Part shown: positions 61,473 through 64,000 of the stretch, one piece after another
Layout: every line of letters begins with the position of its first letter
Position numbering within the stretch: the stretch's first letter is position 1
Origin: Acaryochloridaceae cyanobacterium VAR_48_metabat_390
GTDB taxonomy: Bacteria > Cyanobacteriota > Cyanobacteriia > Thermosynechococcales > Thermosynechococcaceae
Assembly: GCA_031422435.1 (NCBI GenBank)
Contig: JANPLU010000014.1
Coordinates: 1-64,000 of the forward strand
Direction of reading: 5' to 3'
Length of the DNA: 64,000 nt
Position numbers and translations under genes: made by a program
Notes under the pieces: generated by a model
What the model was told of the DNA's origin: nothing
Seen by the model: only the letters and a program-made list of their open reading frames with translations
Database searches by the model: none

Positions 61473-61853
61473 ATGGGTCAGCATCTAAGTACACTTCAAC
61501 CTGCTCCAAGCCGAGATGTGTCGATGTATCTTCCCTATTATCAGGGAAACCGAAGAGATACGTTAGCGATCGCCATGTCGCTCTATCAGTTTGGGAACTT
61601 CGAGGGAGAGCGCACCATCGAGGGGGGCACAAGTATTCCATTCTTAGCAACGTGGAGTGTCCTTCCGCTCCCCGCAGACTTGACCCGATGTCGCCTTCAG
61701 TTTAGTGGCGATGCAGATTTAAGCTATGAGGTAACATTGACAAACTTTGAGTTTGTTGGTTTTTTGATTGATGTACTCACAGAATACAAACGCTCTAAAG
61801 TCGCAGATTTCTCAAAGTCATTTTATCGAAAGCTTCTGAAGCTAGAAGATTAA
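61473..61853 (+). CDS. ebsA: Type IV pilus/secretion protein EbsA
   Basis: YLPYYQG, EGERTIEGG, LPADLTRCRLQF, DFSKSFYRKLL. Confidence 0.85.
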   Translation: MGQHLSTLQPAPSRDVSMYLPYYQGNRRDTLAIAMSLYQFGNFEGERTIEGGTSIPFLATWSVLPLPADLTRCRLQFSGDADLSYEVTLTNFEFVGFLIDVLTEYKRSKVADFSKSFYRKLLKLED

Positions 61854-62012
61854 TCCATCAAGGCTTGACCTCAGCAGAATGTGAGACAATTAGCCTATAT
61901 GAGAACTAATAAAGTTTTCATCTGGGCAGAGAGGAGACTAGCCTCATGGAATTGAGCTAAAGCTGCTACACTGCACCGTTAAGTGTTTTTTAGCGACGAA
62001 AGGAGTGAGGGT

Positions 62013-63104
62013 GTGCCGCATTTGGCAAAGCATTTGCTGATTGGTTCGCTTGCAGCACACAGTGGAAAATCCGCTGCTGTTTTGGGGCTGAGTCCGCAAA
62101 TTTTGGATCGGGGCATTGGTTTTGCCTATGGCAAACCTTTGAGCATGAATTTAGATCCGGCTGCCGCTGCTTCACTGCCCAGCGTCGATTTAGACGTGCA
62201 GTTTATCGTATCAGCGCTCAACTTGACGCAGCAGCAAATCGTACCTTCTTTTGTGACGGTGAATGGGGCTGATGTTCAAAAACAGCTCCAGACAGGTCAT
62301 AGGGCATCATCTCCAGGACTAAATTACGGTTTAGAGAAAGACTATAACCTTGTGCTGTTTGAAGGTCCCAGCAATTTGGCGGAAGGACAGCTCTTTGGAT
62401 TTTCACTTTTGCAGCAGGCTGAGCAGCTAGAGGCTACGGTTTTACTGATGGCACGATGTCAGTCTCTGGCGGTGGTCGATGAGCTGCTGCTGGCTCAAAC
62501 ACATTTGGGCGATCGCCTCGGTGGGGTCATTCTCAATGACGTACCCGAAAAGCTGTCAAAGTCTGTGATTGACTTTATTGTGCCGTTTCTGGAGCAGCAC
62601 AACATTCCGGTCTTTGGGCAAATCCCTAGCCATCCTTTGCTGCGCAGCATTAGCGTGCGAGAAATGGTGAAGCAGCTTAACGCAGAGGTGCTGTGCTGTG
62701 GCGATCGCCTCAACCTAATGGTAGAGCAGCTCAGCATCGGAGCTATGAACGTGAATTCTGCCCTACGGTACTTCAACCGCGCCAATAATATGGCGGTGGT
62801 GACAGGGGGCGATCGCACCGATATTCAGCTTGCGGCGCTAGAGTCTTCGACGAACTGCCTCATTTTGACAGGCCACTTTTCGCCCAACGCTATTGTGCTA
62901 AATCGCGCAGAAGACCTAGAGGTTCCGGTGCTGTCGGTGGACTTAGATACCCTGACCACCGTAGAGCTAGTGGATAAAGCCTTTAGCTCAGCACGCTTTA
63001 GCGAAACTATTAAGGTGGACTGCATTCAAAAGCTGTTTAAGCAGCACGTTGATATTGATCGCTTGCTCAATCAGCTCGAAATCAATCCCGCCCTGCGACT
63101 GTGA
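62013..63104 (+). CDS. Phosphotransacetylase N-terminal (BioD-like + DRTGG) family protein
   Basis: HSGKS, IGAMNV, VTGGDRTDIQLAALE; lacks the Pta catalytic domain. Confidence 0.88.
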   Translation: MPHLAKHLLIGSLAAHSGKSAAVLGLSPQILDRGIGFAYGKPLSMNLDPAAAASLPSVDLDVQFIVSALNLTQQQIVPSFVTVNGADVQKQLQTGHRASSPGLNYGLEKDYNLVLFEGPSNLAEGQLFGFSLLQQAEQLEATVLLMARCQSLAVVDELLLAQTHLGDRLGGVILNDVPEKLSKSVIDFIVPFLEQHNIPVFGQIPSHPLLRSISVREMVKQLNAEVLCCGDRLNLMVEQLSIGAMNVNSALRYFNRANNMAVVTGGDRTDIQLAALESSTNCLILTGHFSPNAIVLNRAEDLEVPVLSVDLDTLTTVELVDKAFSSARFSETIKVDCIQKLFKQHVDIDRLLNQLEINPALRL

Positions 63105-63355
63105 AGAAGCCAAAGTACCCCTTTTTGATGGGTTCTAAGTGGACAGCCAAAGAGTCTACCTTTGGGTGGCGACACTTCGAGGTGGTCAGCCGTAAAAATC
63201 AAGGGGGCATGGTCTTTGCAGAGCTAGTGTCTTCGTGCGACCCATCCGTGAGCTTTTGGGTCAATGCCAAAACGCTTTGCGATCGTCAGCTTTGGCATCC
63301 GGGCTGGAAATCTTTGGCAGAGCAGGGTCGCCCACCCCGCGACACAAAAGTGTAA
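63101..63355 (+). CDS. TIGR02450-like Trp-rich protein
   Basis: GSKWTA, GWRHF, W.PGW. Confidence 0.8.
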   Translation: MKKPKYPFLMGSKWTAKESTFGWRHFEVVSRKNQGGMVFAELVSSCDPSVSFWVNAKTLCDRQLWHPGWKSLAEQGRPPRDTKV

Positions 63356-63399
63356 ATTTATGTAAACATTAAGTGTACGGTTTTGTAGCGGGGGAAATT

Positions 63400-63951
63400 A
63401 TGGCTCGTTTGCAGCGACTGTTACGCTCTGGTTTAGTGTTGGCAGTGCTTTGCTTAACGCTTTTTCTGTCAGCAGTTCCGGCTTGGGCGATGGGGGGGCA
63501 GATGCTGCCGCTCAATGAACCAGCTCCAGCGTTTACGCTGCCCACCAACGATGGGAAGGGACAGCTTTCTCTGTCTGACCTTCGCGGAAAATGGGTGGTG
63601 CTGTACTTTTACCCCAAAGACTTTACTCCTGGCTGCACGCTAGAAGCCCAGCGATTTCAACGAGATTTAGCGAAATATCAGGCCAAAAATACGCTTGTTG
63701 TGGGGGTGAGTGCCGACTCTGTGAATACCCATGCTGAGTTTTGCAGCGCTGAAGGGCTTAAGTTTCCGCTGCTGGCGGATGAAGATGGCTCGGTAAGTAA
63801 AGCCTATGGATCTTGGATGGGCTATTTGTCTATGCGCCACACGTTTATTATTGACCCTGACGGCGTACTGCGAGAGCGAATGGTAAAGGTTGCGCCTGCG
63901 GTTCATAGTACAGAGGTTTTAGGGCGGCTTGCTGAATTACAGAGCATTTAG
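63400..63951 (+). CDS. Peroxiredoxin Q/BCP family with N-terminal targeting peptide
   Basis: LYFYPKDFTPGCT, GVSAD, FPLLAD. Confidence 0.93.
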   Translation: MARLQRLLRSGLVLAVLCLTLFLSAVPAWAMGGQMLPLNEPAPAFTLPTNDGKGQLSLSDLRGKWVVLYFYPKDFTPGCTLEAQRFQRDLAKYQAKNTLVVGVSADSVNTHAEFCSAEGLKFPLLADEDGSVSKAYGSWMGYLSMRHTFIIDPDGVLRERMVKVAPAVHSTEVLGRLAELQSI

Positions 63952-64000
63952 CGTAGATCAAGCCCCAATGATAAGATGGAGCCATCCCAGTAGGCTGGGG

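Overview
Cyanobacterial chromosomal window: the HIP1 octamer GCGATCGC is abundant and phycocyanin genes are present. From left to right it holds a broken ISAzo13-family IS with a duplicated right end, serC, a sterol desaturase/SDR fusion, and a protelomerase (telomere resolvase)-like gene divergent from cpcBA. The phycocyanin cluster (cpcB, cpcA, cpcE, cpcF, cpcG, cpcS) is interrupted by an MFS / anti-sigma / ECF sigma module that carries two secreted proteins resembling stand-alone domain 4 of cholesterol-dependent cytolysins, each behind a matching ECF-type promoter. Next come a PAS-GGDEF-EAL-FHA protein, truB, two tandem DUF1400 hydrolases, and an AT-rich SLATT(DUF4231) + multi-TIR + nSTAND1-WD40 operon, the best candidate for an undescribed immune/conflict system. 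The right half has a HerA/TPR/J-domain run and mostly housekeeping genes (moaC, trmFO, ribF, surE, bioD, thrC, CmpR-like LysR, mgdA, ebsA, PrxQ). The thrC-LysR gap contains a perfect 36-bp palindrome centred on TCATGA and an orphan c-di-GMP-I (GEMM)-like aptamer. No rRNA, tRNA or CRISPR array was seen. All family calls come from motif recognition by eye, not database searches.
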